Shown here: piece after piece, positions 22,423-34,368 of the stretch
How positions within the stretch are numbered: position 1 is the stretch's first letter
How the letters are laid out: every line of letters starts with the position of its first letter
Notes under the pieces: generated by a model
What the model was told of the DNA's origin: nothing
Database searches by the model: none
The model's input: only the letters and a program-made list of their open reading frames with translations
Program-made: the position numbers and the translations under genes
Assembly: GCF_000281045.1 (NCBI RefSeq)
Contig: NW_008246112.1
Coordinates: 200,909-251,038, forward strand
Direction of reading: 5' to 3'
Source of the DNA: Saprolegnia diclina VS20
Taxonomy: Eukaryota
DNA length: 50,130 nucleotides

Positions 22423-24578
22423 TTAGCGACGCCCGCCACGCTGCCGCGCGCTGAGCTCGAGGACGAGGTCCGTGTACATGTTGTAGTGGGCAAAGCTGAG
22501 CGAGTCCTTTAGGAAGCCAACGATCGGCGCCTTGACCTGCTGCTTGGCAATCGGCATCTTGGTGTGCTCCTACGGGCAATACGATCACGCTGGCGACTCG
22601 CAGAGGCAACGTACAAAGACAAACTGCTTGAGCTCGCGCACGCTGGCGCGAATGTCGACCTCGAGCGTGAGCACTTGGCCGTGGAGGGACCAGCCGTTCG
22701 GGTTTTCGGGCTCGTTTGCGACTTGCACGTGGAGGCGAATCGGCGCCTACGGTACCAGCATCATCGTCATGACGACTCTAGCTTCATCCATGGCGATGGC
22801 CTACCGGGTACGCTTCGGCAAACTCGTTCTCGGGCATGAGAATGACACCATCGACGCGCTGGCGCTTTGCAGCGGGCTCCTCGATCGGCGGAGGCGGCTG
22901 CATCGCCGGTGGCGGTGGCACCATGCCCATAAGGTGCGGTGGAGGCGGCGGCGGCATCATGCCTCCCGGCGGCAGCATGCCCATCGGTGGCGGTGGCGGC
23001 ATCATGCCCATGGGCGGCGGTGGCGGCATCGAGGTCGGCGGCGGGGGCACCATACCCCCCGGGCGCGGCGGCTGGATGTGGTATGCGATCGGTGCCTGCG
23101 ACCTTGTCTGCACCGGCAAGTACCCGCTGGCGGCCTCTTCGTTCTACATTCATGGTGTGAGGCGTCATGCGTGGCATCTCATTTGCTCACCGCATCACCG
23201 GTGTCGTCTTGGGACGGCGGCGCGTTGGAGGCCATCGCGGCCGTGAGCTTCGCCTCTTCTTCGGCCGACGACGAAAAGATATCCGAGCGCTTGGACGCGA
23301 ACCGCTTGAAGTTGTCGGCGATGGCCGCGCCAGGCGCGAACGGGCTCTCTTTCTGCTTGTTCAAATGGCGCTGCGTCTCTTCCCGGTACTTGGGCGCCAT
23401 GAGCAGAATGCGCATGTGCTCGTTCGCATCGGCCGTCGAGACCGCGTGGCCGTCGACACTCATCATGTTGACGGACGCGCCCGACGATGCGGCAGCCTTG
23501 GGGACATAGTTTTCGACAACCTATCCACATTGCATGTGATTAAGCGTATGGAGTTGGGAAATATGACCTTGAGCTCGGACGGCTGCTCGTCGTCCATGTC
23601 CATATCCATGTCCATGTCGTCGGGCTCGGCGGCGGCAGCGGACGGCGCCGACGTGGCTTGCGTCGTCGGGTCGTCTTCGAGGTAGTACGGGTTCGTTCCG
23701 TCGGTCACGAGGTCGCTGTCATCAAAGACGATCGTTTCGACAATGACAAAGTCGTGCCAGTCGATCTGCATGTAGGCGAGGCGCTCGGCGTCGCTCTCGG
23801 CTTCTTCCTTTTGCTTGGCTTCGTTCTCGATGCGCATAAACTCGAGCTTGTGCACGCAGCGATCGAGGACGCTCATGCGGTCGACGCCTTCGTCCAGTCG
23901 CTCGAGTAGCGGGTTGGCCTTCTTGCCGCGTTGCGCCTTGGCCGTGAGGATCTTGGCGTAGCTCTCGACGAGGAACGTAAAGTATGCAAAGAGCGGATGC
24001 ACCGGGTTGATAAAGTCAAACTGCGGGTTGCGCTGCTCGCGCGTCGCGAGGCCAGAGAGGAACGCCTTGCCGCCGACGGCCGTAAACTGCGCGGTCAAGT
24101 ACATGATCTCCTGGTCCTGCGCCGTGAGCGTCGGGTGCTTTTGCTTAAACTGCTCTTCGGCCGGCGGTCGCTTCTTGTCCGACTCGGAGAGGTTGCGCAG
24201 CGCCTTGCCAACCACGGCCTCGACAGGCTTGCGCTCGACAACTTCGACCGCGACGCCTTCCGGCTCGGGCACGGGCGCCGGCGCCGCGACTTCGACCGGC
24301 TTCTCGGGCTCGGCGGGCTTCTCGGGCTCGTTGAGCTGGCGCTCAAAGTCCTCGACCTTGTGCTCGTAGTACGCATGGTACGGGTCGCCTGTCTTGAGGA
24401 AGGAAAACTTGGCCGAGATGACTTCGCCGGCGATCTTGCGCTCAAAGGCGCGGCCGTTCTTGGCGACGAACTGCGCCGTCTTGTCGACGACGGCGCGGAT
24501 GTCCGGCGGCGGGTAGATGATGCCCGTCACGCGCCCATGCACGACGCCCGTGTCCACGTCCACCTCGGAGCCGCCCAT
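22423..24578 (-). CDS. SF3A1: Splicing factor 3A subunit 1 (Prp21/SAP114)
   Basis: Two SURP domains (IIYPPPDIRAVVDKTAQFVAKNG; LTAQFTAVGGKAFL...QFDF), QIDWHDFVIVETI, EHMRILL, a Pro-rich region and a C-terminal ubiquitin-like domain ending RQRGGRR*. Confidence 0.93.
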
Positions 24579-25294
24579 TCCAACTTGAAAATGCACCAAA
24601 TTTCCGCCCACTTTGATTGGTGGAAAAGCAGCGCCAATCAAAAAGCAAAGCGCCAAGAATGCGCCATCGCCATCCTCCTCAGTACTGCGTCCGATAACCG
24701 CTGCAGCAACTTTGCATGCTCGGTTCCAAGGCGCCTGCATACAGTGCTATCTACTAACTAGTACTGGTAATAACTACTAAATCTATACTAACTCTCGCTG
24801 CCCGCAGCTGGTCTGGCGCGCCGCACCAGAAGCCTCCACAATTGCACTCGACTGATGGAATGAGCTGCGGCAATCGACGCCGACTGCTCGCGGCAAAGCC
24901 AGCCAATGCAGCGCACTCTGTACAGCAACTTGCGCTAGTAGTGTCGAGTTCATGGCGCGAGTACCCACGGTGCTGCTTCAGGCTAGCGGGTCGTTGAAGG
25001 TTGCAGATTTGAAGTTGCGTTGGCGGCGAGTGGGCGATCTTGATGCGACTTCTCCGACGCTCACTTGGTCGAGGGACATGATCTCGCCGGGTAGCACAAT
25101 CCTGTATATTGTATAATGATGTACAATATTGTCGTACCAGTACAGAGTACTTGACAGCCACGCGCTGGCCTGCAGACCTTGCCACGCTGTCGATCTTTCT
25201 AGAAGCCTTGTGTTTTGTATAGTATACAAAAACCAAGTAATTCCGTGTCAGTGTATTGTGCGTCTTGTCTCGGAAACGGCAAGAAGCGGTGGTC

Positions 25295-26879
25295 ATGACA
25301 CGGTCCAAGCCCTTTAGCGGCAAGCAGAAGAAGCAGCAGGTACTGGAGCCAGCATGGGCGCCGAGGAGCCTCATGGCGTCTTTAGCTTCAGGCCAAGCGT
25401 GAGAAGGTCAAGGAATCCGAGTGGCGCCGCGCGCAGAAGGAAGAGGACGAGATCAAGCGGCGCATGCGCTCCGGCGACGGCGACGACGCGCAGATTTTTG
25501 ACAACGCAGCCGCCGCCGCGCAGGTGTCGACGGACGTGGGCTTCTCGGGCGACTTGCGCACGATCTTTGCGAAAGAGCCGCAGTGGGCGGTCGACGAGCG
25601 CAAGAAGGACGCGACGCGGGCGCTGGAGCTCGCGCCGGACCGAGGCGACTCGCAGTCGATCTACGCATATGGGCTCACCGACGTCTCGAACCAGCCACCG
25701 ATTCCAGTGCGGCCGCACTGGACCAAGGACACGGGTGCGGACGAGCTTGTGGCGCTCGAAGAAGATGCGTTCCGTGCGTGGCTTACGCACCTTCTCGATC
25801 TGTGCGAGAACCACAAGGCCGGTGCGATCAACGCGTACGAGCGGAACCTCCAGGTGTGGCGTCAGCTCTGGCGCGTGATTGAAAAGTCCAACGTGCTCGT
25901 GCACTTTGCCGACGCGCGCTGCCCGCTCCTGCATCTGAGCCACGCGCTCCTGGCGCACATTGCCGCTGACTACCCGCTCAAGCGCGTGCTCATCGTGCTC
26001 ACCAAGGCGGATTTCGTGTCACCTGACCGCCTCGAGGCGTGGGTGACGTACGTTCGTCAGCGGTACCGCGTTCCCGTCGTCACCTACTCGCGCGACCGGT
26101 CCGACGACGACAACCTCGTCGTCCTCGAAGCCATTGGCGCGCTGAGCCGCGAGACCACGTGCACGGCAGGTCGTGACGACGAGCTCAACAACGGCACACT
26201 GACCGTCGGCCTCGTACGCCTCTGCAATATCTTGATACAAAGTTGATACAAATCTCGTCACCTAGGTCGGCGAACCCAACGTCGGGAAGAGTTCGTTCTT
26301 GAACGGGCTCTTTGGGAAGAAGCTCGTGTCGGTGTCGGCGACGCCAGGCCACACGAAGCACTTTCAAACCCACTTTTACGAGCACCCGAGTCGCCTCGGC
26401 CGGGATGACGTCTCGAAACTCTGCCTCTGCGACTGCCCCGGCGTCGTCTTTCCCCGCTTCAACATTCCCATGGCCCTCCAGGTGCGCGACTCGATCGAGG
26501 CGAGACCAACTAAAACCGACTAGATCCTCTTTGGGAGCTACCCGATCGCGCAGACGCGCGAGCCGTACAGTGCGATTCGGTTCATTGCTGAAAACTGCGT
26601 CCCGACCCTCGAAACCACATACAAGCTCAAGAAGGTCGACGAGGACGACGGTGCGTCTGATGGTGGTATGACTTAAGACCTGAGAACGACTGCGTGCTCT
26701 TAGACTGGTCGCCGTACACACTGGCCGAAGCATATGCGCAACAGCGCGGGTTCCACGTCAAGGGCGGCAAACTCGACGTCTTCCGCGCCGCCAACCTGCT
26801 TCTCCGCGACACGTTGAACGGGAAAAAGGTGATTCTGAGCTTCCCGCCGCCGCTGGATGCAGCGCCCGTGTCACTCTAA
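25295..26879 (+). CDS. GNL1: GNL1/LSG1-family circularly permuted GTPase (multi-exon)
   Basis: N-terminus MTRSKPFSGKQKKQQ|LQAKREK, then ERNLQVWRQLWRV, DARCP, TKAD (G4), GEPNVGKS (G1), TPGHTKH (G2) and DCPG (G3) in permuted order. Confidence 0.85.
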
Positions 26880-26955
26880 CAGCCCGTTCATCGACTAAAC
26901 TAAAAGGACTATCTTATCAGTAGTTAATATATATAATACATCCAGACTCACTCGC

Positions 26956-27951
26956 TCATGCCTTGCGAATGCCGGACGCCTTTCGCGGTGACGACGCGGC
27001 CGACGTCGTGGGCGACGGCTTGGTGAGCAGCCGGTCGTTTGTGATGCGGTTGGTGCGGGGCACAAAGGTGCAGTGCCGCAGCTCGCGTTCGAGCTTGAGC
27101 TTCTCGAGCTTGGCATGGCGCTTCTTGATGTAGTCGGGGTCGTACAGCCGGCTCGAGGCCGAGAGGCCTTGTGTGATGTCGGTCTGGGCGCTGGCCGCGC
27201 TGCCGTTGCTACCGACCGACTCTTTCGACGACGCGGGATAGTACGGCTGCGGAATGCCCGTGTGTTTGACGTTCGTGCGCGGCTTGAACGGGCAGTTCAT
27301 GTTGCGCTGGCGCTCCTTGTGCAGCGTCATGCGCAGATCGCGGTCCTGGAGGTGGTTGGGCTGGTACAAGCGCGAGAAGACTGCACCGCCATCGGTTTTC
27401 ACGGAATATTTCGAGCCGCGCGACGTGCGCGAGTGCGACGAGCTGCAGATCGAGCTCTGGTCGCGGTCGAGGGCGTGGAGCGGCGCGCGTGGCAGCCGCG
27501 AGACGTTTTCTTGTGTCAGCGCTGCAATGCGGCGAGGCTCGACATTGGGCGACATGCGTCCGGCGGCGTTGCTATGGCGAGGAATGAGTGGCGACGGGAT
27601 GCGCGACGAGGTGCGCTCCGGCGACGACACGTCGAGGTACTTGGCCTTCTTGGTCGCGGCCGTCGGCGAGAAGAGCTGCGGCGGGCTCGTCACGTCGGGC
27701 GCGGACGCGCGGTGGGGCGTGACGGGCGCGGGGCTCTGCGGTGGCGGCGTCGCATACTCGTTCGAGTCGACGTGCGTGTCCGAGTAGGCGCGCAGGAGCG
27801 GCGAGGGCGGCTGGAGCGACGGCGAGATCGAGACGGGGCGGTCGCGCGGCCGCTGGCGCATGGTCTTCCAGCGCTGCTCGAGGCGCGCGAGGTTCTCGCG
27901 GAGGTCGTCGACGGTCGACGGCGCCGACATGAGCACGTAGTCGTCCATCAT
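26956..27951 (-). CDS. Hypothetical Ser/Pro-rich protein with (F/S)SRLY and CxFxPRTN repeats
   Basis: Codon-biased ORF from MMDDYV with two RLY...C(P/T)F(K/V)PRTN modules. Confidence 0.65.
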   Translation of the reverse strand: MMDDYVLMSAPSTVDDLRENLARLEQRWKTMRQRPRDRPVSISPSLQPPSPLLRAYSDTHVDSNEYATPPPQSPAPVTPHRASAPDVTSPPQLFSPTAATKKAKYLDVSSPERTSSRIPSPLIPRHSNAAGRMSPNVEPRRIAALTQENVSRLPRAPLHALDRDQSSICSSSHSRTSRGSKYSVKTDGGAVFSRLYQPNHLQDRDLRMTLHKERQRNMNCPFKPRTNVKHTGIPQPYYPASSKESVGSNGSAASAQTDITQGLSASSRLYDPDYIKKRHAKLEKLKLERELRHCTFVPRTNRITNDRLLTKPSPTTSAASSPRKASGIRKA

Positions 27952-29168
27952 CTTGGCGGTGTTACTGTATCTGCCACTCGCCACCCGAGTACTGTGTGCT
28001 TTTCTTTGCGTGGGACGGTGCGCGAAGTGGGCGCGTGACGCAGCGGCCTTGCTTCTGGCACCCGACGTACCGTAGAATTTGTGAAACCCACGCTCGGCTT
28101 TGACTTGCATTTTGTATACCAGTCGCTGCTCCTTGAACCGGCTGCCACGCTCGGAAATTTCAAGCCTGCGCGCCGTGCTTCTTTCGCAGTCGCCATACAA
28201 AGTCCAAGTACTTTCCGAGTGTACCTGCGCGGATGGCCCACGACGACCAACTTCAGATTTCACCAAAGTGGCACACCTCGCCCCTCACATGCACGCGACG
28301 GAGCACGAGAGGATGGGCACCAAGTAGCCAAGTCGGTTGAGCTCGAGCTCGAGATGGAGCTCGACGAGGCGGAAGAGGCGGCGAAGGTGGTATCTTTTCT
28401 TTGAGTTTGCACTTTGCATGGGAGGATCTCGGAGGCTCTGAGCAATCAACGACGGCGCCCACGTCTCTTGGGCAAGAAACCACACCAACCCACGCACGCG
28501 AGTCAAGGTGTAATTCACCAGCGTCCGGTGACATGCGCGGTGTAATTGCCCGGGGCAAGAGAGACGCGCGTGCAAAGCAACACGAGAATCAGAGCGATCA
28601 CACGCTTCATAGAGCGATCTCGGGTTCGCGCCTGATAGGCCGTGTTAGGTGCCGCACGCGTGCGTGGCGATCGGCCGTGGTTTCGCTGCCGCTATCACTC
28701 GAAATTTCGCAGCCCAACCTCTGCCCACCTCTGCGAACTGTGGCGAGCGACCTCTGCATCTCGGCACCTCGGATCCGCTCGTCATTTGCATTCAACCGTG
28801 AGGGAGGAACGACGTCGAGACGAGCAGCGAGGCAGCCGTAATCAGGGACACGGCCCTTCTTTAACGCGGCTTTAACGGCCCGCAGCGACGCGGACGCGCT
28901 GGCTTTGCAGCGCGAAGCGCCTGCCTTCCCACCTTTCTTGGAGCTATCGCATCTATGGAGTCACCACGTTTGCGCCCATTGCACGCGGCGAACGTCGGCG
29001 GTCGGCAGCCGCGGCGGTGCAGTCTCGCGCGGTTTATACTCGCACCAACTTGTGTTTAAACGTGTTTGCCCCATCCGGTTGAAGTCCGGATAGTTTTGTG
29101 TTCCGGATACGGGCGCGCAGGGTTTGCCAGCCCTCCGATTCCTCATATTTTCACGCCGGGTGACTGTC

Positions 29169-30769
29169 ATGAGCCGCAACTTGATCCTCCGCGTCGGCCG
29201 CTCCATGAGCCGATCGATGCAAGCACCCCGCCTTGTGGGCGGCCGCGCGCCCATGCGCATGTTCTCTACGGCCGACGAGATCATCGTCAACGTGCCGTCG
29301 ATGGGCGACTCCATCTCGGAGGGCACCGTCGTCAGCCTCAAGAGTACGTCGACTGACGTCGCCCAATCAGATCGCTGATGGCATGGCTGTAGGCGTCGGT
29401 GACTACGTGCATGCGGACGAAGCTGTTGTTGTGCTCGAGACGGACAAGGTTCGCCGTCGTCATGGCATTCCCGACGAGCTCATGTGGTATCTAGGTCAGC
29501 GTTGACGTCAACGCGCCCCATGGCGGCTTGATCACGAGCATCTTGGCCAGCATCGACGATGTGGTCAACGTTGGTGCGCCCTTGTTCACGCTCGACAAGG
29601 CGGCTCCTGGTAGGCCTTCAATCACATCGATACCCCGCGCTCATAAATGATGCGCAGCTCCGATTGCCAAGGCGGCCCCGGCTGCGGCTGCCCCTGTCGT
29701 GCCCACGCCTGCTGCGGCGCCGGCGACTCCTGCCCCGGCTGCTGCCAAGGCGCCCGCCCCCAAGAAGCCGGAAACGGCGGCGGCCCCTGCCCCGACGGCT
29801 GCGCCTGTTGCTGGCAAGTTTAACCGCACCGAGACGCGCGTACACTTACACTCTCGAGTGCGCGTTCGGTGGCTTATGCAGCAGCTGTAGGTCAAGATGA
29901 GCCACCTCCACCTGCGCAGCAACCAGCGCATGAAGGACACGCAGGACACGGCGGCGGTCCTCACGACCTTCCAGGAAGTACGTGCTTTGTCATCATCTGC
30001 GTGCATCTCAAAGTGGCGTTTGTGCAGGTCGACATTGGCAACTTGATGGCGCTTCAGAAGGAGCTCGGCGAGACGTTCGAGAAGACGCACAAGGTCAAGC
30101 TCGGCTTCCTCTCTGCCTTTGTCAAGGCCAGCGCCATGGCACTCCAAAAGGTCCCGGCCATCAACGCTTGTACGTCGTCTTGGTGTGGCTCTTGTGTCTC
30201 ATGCATCGTAGCGATCGACGACGAGGCCAAGGACATTGTCTACCACGAGTACGCCGACATCAACGTCGTCGTTGCGACCGAGAAGGGGTACTCATGCCAT
30301 GTCTTTTGGACGCATTTGCGACACGTACCGTAGTGTCACGACGCCTGTGCTCCGCAACGTCGAGTCGCTCTCGATGGCCGACATTGAGCGCTCGCTCACG
30401 GACCTCGGCGCCAAGGTACCCTTAACAATTGGTCGTAGCGATCCTCAATCACTCTATCTTGACTAGGCGGAGGAAGGCTCGCTTGCGATCGAGGACATGG
30501 CCGGTGGCACCTTTTCCATTGCAAACGGCGCCGTCCAGGGCTCGCTCCTCAGCACGTCGATCCTCCATGCGCCGCAGTCGGCCATCATGAGCCTCCACGG
30601 CATCCAGAACCGCGCCGTGTACCACGACGGCAAGGTCGTGTCGCGCCCGATGATGTACATCTCGCTCTCGTACGACCACCGCTTGATTGACGGCCGGGAA
30701 GGGGTCACGTTCCTCAAGACGGTCGCCGACGCCGTCAGCGACCCGCGCCGCCTCCTCCTCGAAATTTAG
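29169..30769 (+). CDS. DLST: Divergent dihydrolipoamide succinyltransferase (2-oxoacid dehydrogenase E2)-like, mitochondrial, about 8 introns
   Basis: Arg/Ser-rich presequence, lipoyl domain [11 protein letters not shown]...LETDK|VSVDV, Ala/Pro linker, [11 protein letters not shown] and DHRLIDGRE. Confidence 0.88.
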
Positions 30770-31083
30770 ACCCGATACACAACCACATCCCTGTGCTACA
30801 GTATTGATGCCACATCCTCGTCTTGCTCTTTTCGAGACGCTTCGGCGACACGCATGCTGGGCTCTACATGGGTATCACATGAAGCCGGGCGAAGGACTGC
30901 GAGTACGAACGGCCATGACGGATGCGACGAGGATGAAGCGCCTGCGCTGCTGTGTGGAAGCAGCCAAGCTTCACGCGTTGGACGTACTGGAGCTCAGGTA
31001 GCGGCAGAGCTGTACACAAAACACTCGGAGTTGGCAACAAGAAGATTTCATTACGCTGCCTCGTACGACAAAACTACTAGTTC

Positions 31084-32136
31084 TTACGCGGCCTTGCGGA
31101 CCGGCGACATGGCAAACGACATGTTGGGGTTGATGTGGCTCTTGATGCCGAGCGCTTCGAGCGCCAAGTGCGCCGCCTTCTGGCCCGAGATCATCATGCC
31201 GCCAAAGGTGGGGCCCATGCGCGGCGCGCCGTCGAGCTCGGCCACTTCCATACCGGCGACAATCATGCCGGGGACGATCTCCTTGGTGCCGGCGACAATC
31301 GCGTCTTCGGCCGCGCCCATGTCGAGCGGGCCCATGCCGGGGATGTTCTCGACCATGCCGATGTTCTGGAGGCGCTTGACGCCCGAGGCGCCCATGGGGC
31401 CGTCGTGGCCGCACGCGCTGATCAAGACCTTGCCTTCCATGACGTTCGGGTCCATGCACGACTGCGTGCCGTGGTTGAGGGTCACGAGCGTCCAGTTGGT
31501 GACGACACCGCCGACGCGACCGTTCTTGATGATGAGATCTTCGATGGCCGTCGCGTTGAAGAGCTTGATGTTGTCGGCCTTGAGCACCTTGGACATGACG
31601 GTCGACGTGAAGAGCGCCGCGTGCTTGATGACGACGTGGTCTTCCTTGACGTCGTACGGGATCTCGAGCTCGTCCAAAAAGTGGTGCGCGGGCTTGCGGA
31701 CAATCATGGACGAGAAGAGCTGGCCGCCGAGCCACGCGCCGCCGCCGGGCGCGACGCTTTGCTCAATGATGGCGACGCGGATGTTTGGGTACTTGGAGAG
31801 TTCGTACGCGGCGCAGAGGCCGGCGGACCCGGCGCCCGCGATGATGACATCCGAGTCCGCAAAGTCGTACATGTCCTTCATGTAACGGGTGGTCATTTCG
31901 CGGGACACCTCCGCCTCCTTGACAGGGCTACGCACATGCGTTAGGTGGGCATCGCTCGATGCGTCGGTCGCCTACGCAAAGGTGTAGCCGTCGAAGGGCG
32001 TCGAACGCGCGTTGTTGGCCTTTTGCCACGCTTCGTCCGGAACCCGTCCATTGCCGGCGCGGACAATCTTGGGCGCATGCGGGCCCACAGTGGACATGCA
32101 GCGAGCAGCGAGCGACGAGCGGGCGAGGGCGAACAT
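31084..32136 (-). CDS. THI4: Thiamine thiazole synthase (1 coding intron at ~31929-31976)
   Basis: [15 protein letters not shown] presequence, [44 protein letters not shown] and [14 protein letters not shown]. Confidence 0.97.
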
Positions 32137-32190
32137 GATGATGGTTAGGCTGCTGCCAGGACAAGACACGTATTGAGCTCCAAGTACATC

Positions 32191-32326
32191 ACAGCAGTCC
32201 CTCCGCCGGTTTTACCCGGATCAGGTGAAAAGGGTATGATCTCAGCGACCCGCGGGCTGGGCATGTTCACGGAAGAGGAGGACTCCTCTTCCATGGGCCC
32301 ACCCGCGAGAAGCACCCCTCGCTGGT
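32191..32326 (-). ncRNA. TPP (THI-box) riboswitch aptamer in the THI4 5' leader
   Basis: Minus strand: CAGC-GA-GGGGUGC...GC-UGAGA-UC-AUACCCU-UUUCA-CCU-GAU-CCGG-GUAAAA-CCGG-CGG-AGGG-ACU-GCUG. P1-P5 all pair, and the UGAGA and CUGAU...CGnAGGGA consensus elements are present. Confidence 0.95.
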
Positions 32327-32405
32327 TCAGACAATCGACGACTATCGACTACGCATCGACTAACTAGACTAGAAGCACTACCTGAAAATGGACGTGCGCG
32401 ACGGG

Positions 32406-32424
32406 CGGCAAATTCTCGAATGCC
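32406..32424 (-). promoter_or_regulatory. Candidate Inr/FPR (transcription start ~32421) for THI4
   Basis: Minus strand GGCATTCGAGAATTTGC fits the CATTYnnnAWTTY pattern, about 40 nt upstream of a CAG|GTAGTG donor. Confidence 0.5.
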
Positions 32425-32928
32425 GACGTCCGCACCTTTTGAAATGCTTGTCGTGGATTGGCCCATCGCTCGAGTATACTCAGTTCCAGTCTAAAAACGT
32501 GTCCCATCGCACCCAGGGAGCTGACTACCTCTGACAACGCATGTTATAGTCGCGCGGCCAGTGCATTTGTGGTCGTTGGGGGTTAAACAACCTTTGACAA
32601 TGCATACAGTGAAACGACTGGTGGGGAATAAAAACGACGCACGCAATTTAAATCCAACATTGATAGTTGCATACAATTACCTTGCACGTTGTATGTTGCG
32701 GGCGTATTTTTATTCGAGTACCGAGGCACAGCGCATTAAAATACATCGAAACCAATGTTGAAGTTGAAGAAGTTGGATGAACCAACGCGAAGATTTCGCG
32801 CTCCGGAGTTGCTGCCTCTCTGGAAGACGACGGTAGTCCAACGTGGCAGGCGGCCAGCCGTGACAGAGCCGCTCGTCCAAGGCACGAGAACCTTATTATT
32901 ATCTATCAGGTGGTACTATAGCAGTGTG

Positions 32929-34368
32929 CTATGCTTTGTGGGGCAGCAACGGCGTATGCACGTTGAGAGGCAACGGTGCTTCGTCGCTGACGTCGTCAGC
33001 GACCATGGCAAAGACGTCATGGTCGCCCGCCCAGCAGTGAAAGATAAGGCCTCCGGTCGTCAAGATGACGGCCGCGATCAGAAACACGAGGTCCCAGTTG
33101 CCGCTGCGCTGGAGGATCTCGCCCGTGAGAATGTTGCCGAAAATGCCAGGCAGCGTTGCAATCGTGTTGCTGATGCCCATGACCTACACAAGCAGTGAGT
33201 ACATCCTAACGCCATGCCACGTGAGCCAAGAGTACGTACGTGACCAGCGTGACGCGGCGCCACGTCCAGCATGTTGACCCAGTACCCGGACGCCGCGGCG
33301 CGGGACAAGAAGAGCGTCAGCGAGAGGAGAGCGACGGCCGAGACCGTCGACGAGGCAAAACGCAGCACGTAGAGGCACACGGCCGAGCCGACGAGACCGA
33401 ATCCGTTCGTGATTTTGCGCACGGTGACGAGACGCATGCCGTGTGCAATGAGCCGGTCCGAGAGCCAGCCCCAAAAGAGAATCCCGGCGTATCCTGCAAG
33501 GTACGGGATCGCCGCGGCGACGCCGCTCGAGGCGAGATCGAGATGCAGTTGGAGGCGAAGGTACTGAGGAATCCACCCGAGCAAGATGTACCAGCCATAG
33601 TTGTACGCGAAATGGCTCGCGTAAATGGCCCACAGCGCTTTCGACGAGAAGAACGCGCGCCACGGAAGCTCGACGACCACAGTATGGGGCGTGCCAAACT
33701 CCTTGGCCGCGGCCGTGTGGCGCGTGGCGAGAATGAGCTCCCGCTCGTCGTCCGAGATGCGCGGGTCGTCCTCGGGTCGGCTGGCGCCGCGCCAAGAAAA
33801 GACGACAAGCCAGAGCGTGCTGAGGCCGCCAAAGAAGAAGAAGATCGCCGGGTACCCCCACGAGGCCATAAGCAGCGGCGCGACAAACATGGAGAAGACC
33901 GTGCCGAGGTCCATGCCGCTGGCAATGTGCGCGTTGAGGCGACTGCGCTCGGGAATTGGAAACCACGACGAGGCAAAGTTGTGCATGCACGGAAAGACGA
34001 TGCCTTCGCCGAGGCCCATGCCGGCGCGGACAAGCCAGAGCAGGATGGGCGAGGTAGCGCAGGGCACCGTGAGCACGTCAAAGCACGTCCAGAGCGCGAC
34101 GCCGCCGAGGAGCACGGCCTTGGGGCCGACCTTGCTCGAGAGCCACGCGCCAAAGTACTGCGTGCAAATGTAGCCATAGAAGAAAGCCGAGAGCACATGA
34201 CCCTGGATACCGTGGTCGGCTTGGAACGCGGGAATCGCGACGCCAATGTTGGTACCTAGACGAGGGTTGCAGGAAGATGCTTGTCGAGTTCGACGTACGA
34301 TCGGCGTAGCAGAGGAGCGTGCCAATGGCACAGAGCGCCGCCATCTCGTAGCGCCGGGGCACGGTCAT
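32929..34368 (-). CDS. MFS anion:cation symporter (SLC17/PHT4/sialin-like), 2 introns
   Basis: PRRY...LCYADRTN, GHVLSAFFYGYICTQ, RAGMGLGEG, WFPIPERSR, WLSDRL, NMLDVAPRHAG and MGISNTIATLPG. Confidence 0.9.

Noticed and set aside
28081..28404. Short acidic ORF end (ELELEMELDEAEEAAK)
   Set aside because: No convincing start codon or splice structure; cannot be supported as a gene.
30854..31944. 343-aa and 269-aa ORFs antisense to THI4, and similar shadow ORFs over SF3A1, the MFS gene and cyclophilin
   Set aside because: They mirror GC3-biased coding sequence and have no recognisable motifs.
29169..34368. Thiamine mini-cluster (DLST of a TPP-dependent complex, THI4, MFS transporter)
   Set aside because: E2 does not bind TPP and the transporter looks SLC17/PHT4-like. 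Adjacency is the only evidence.
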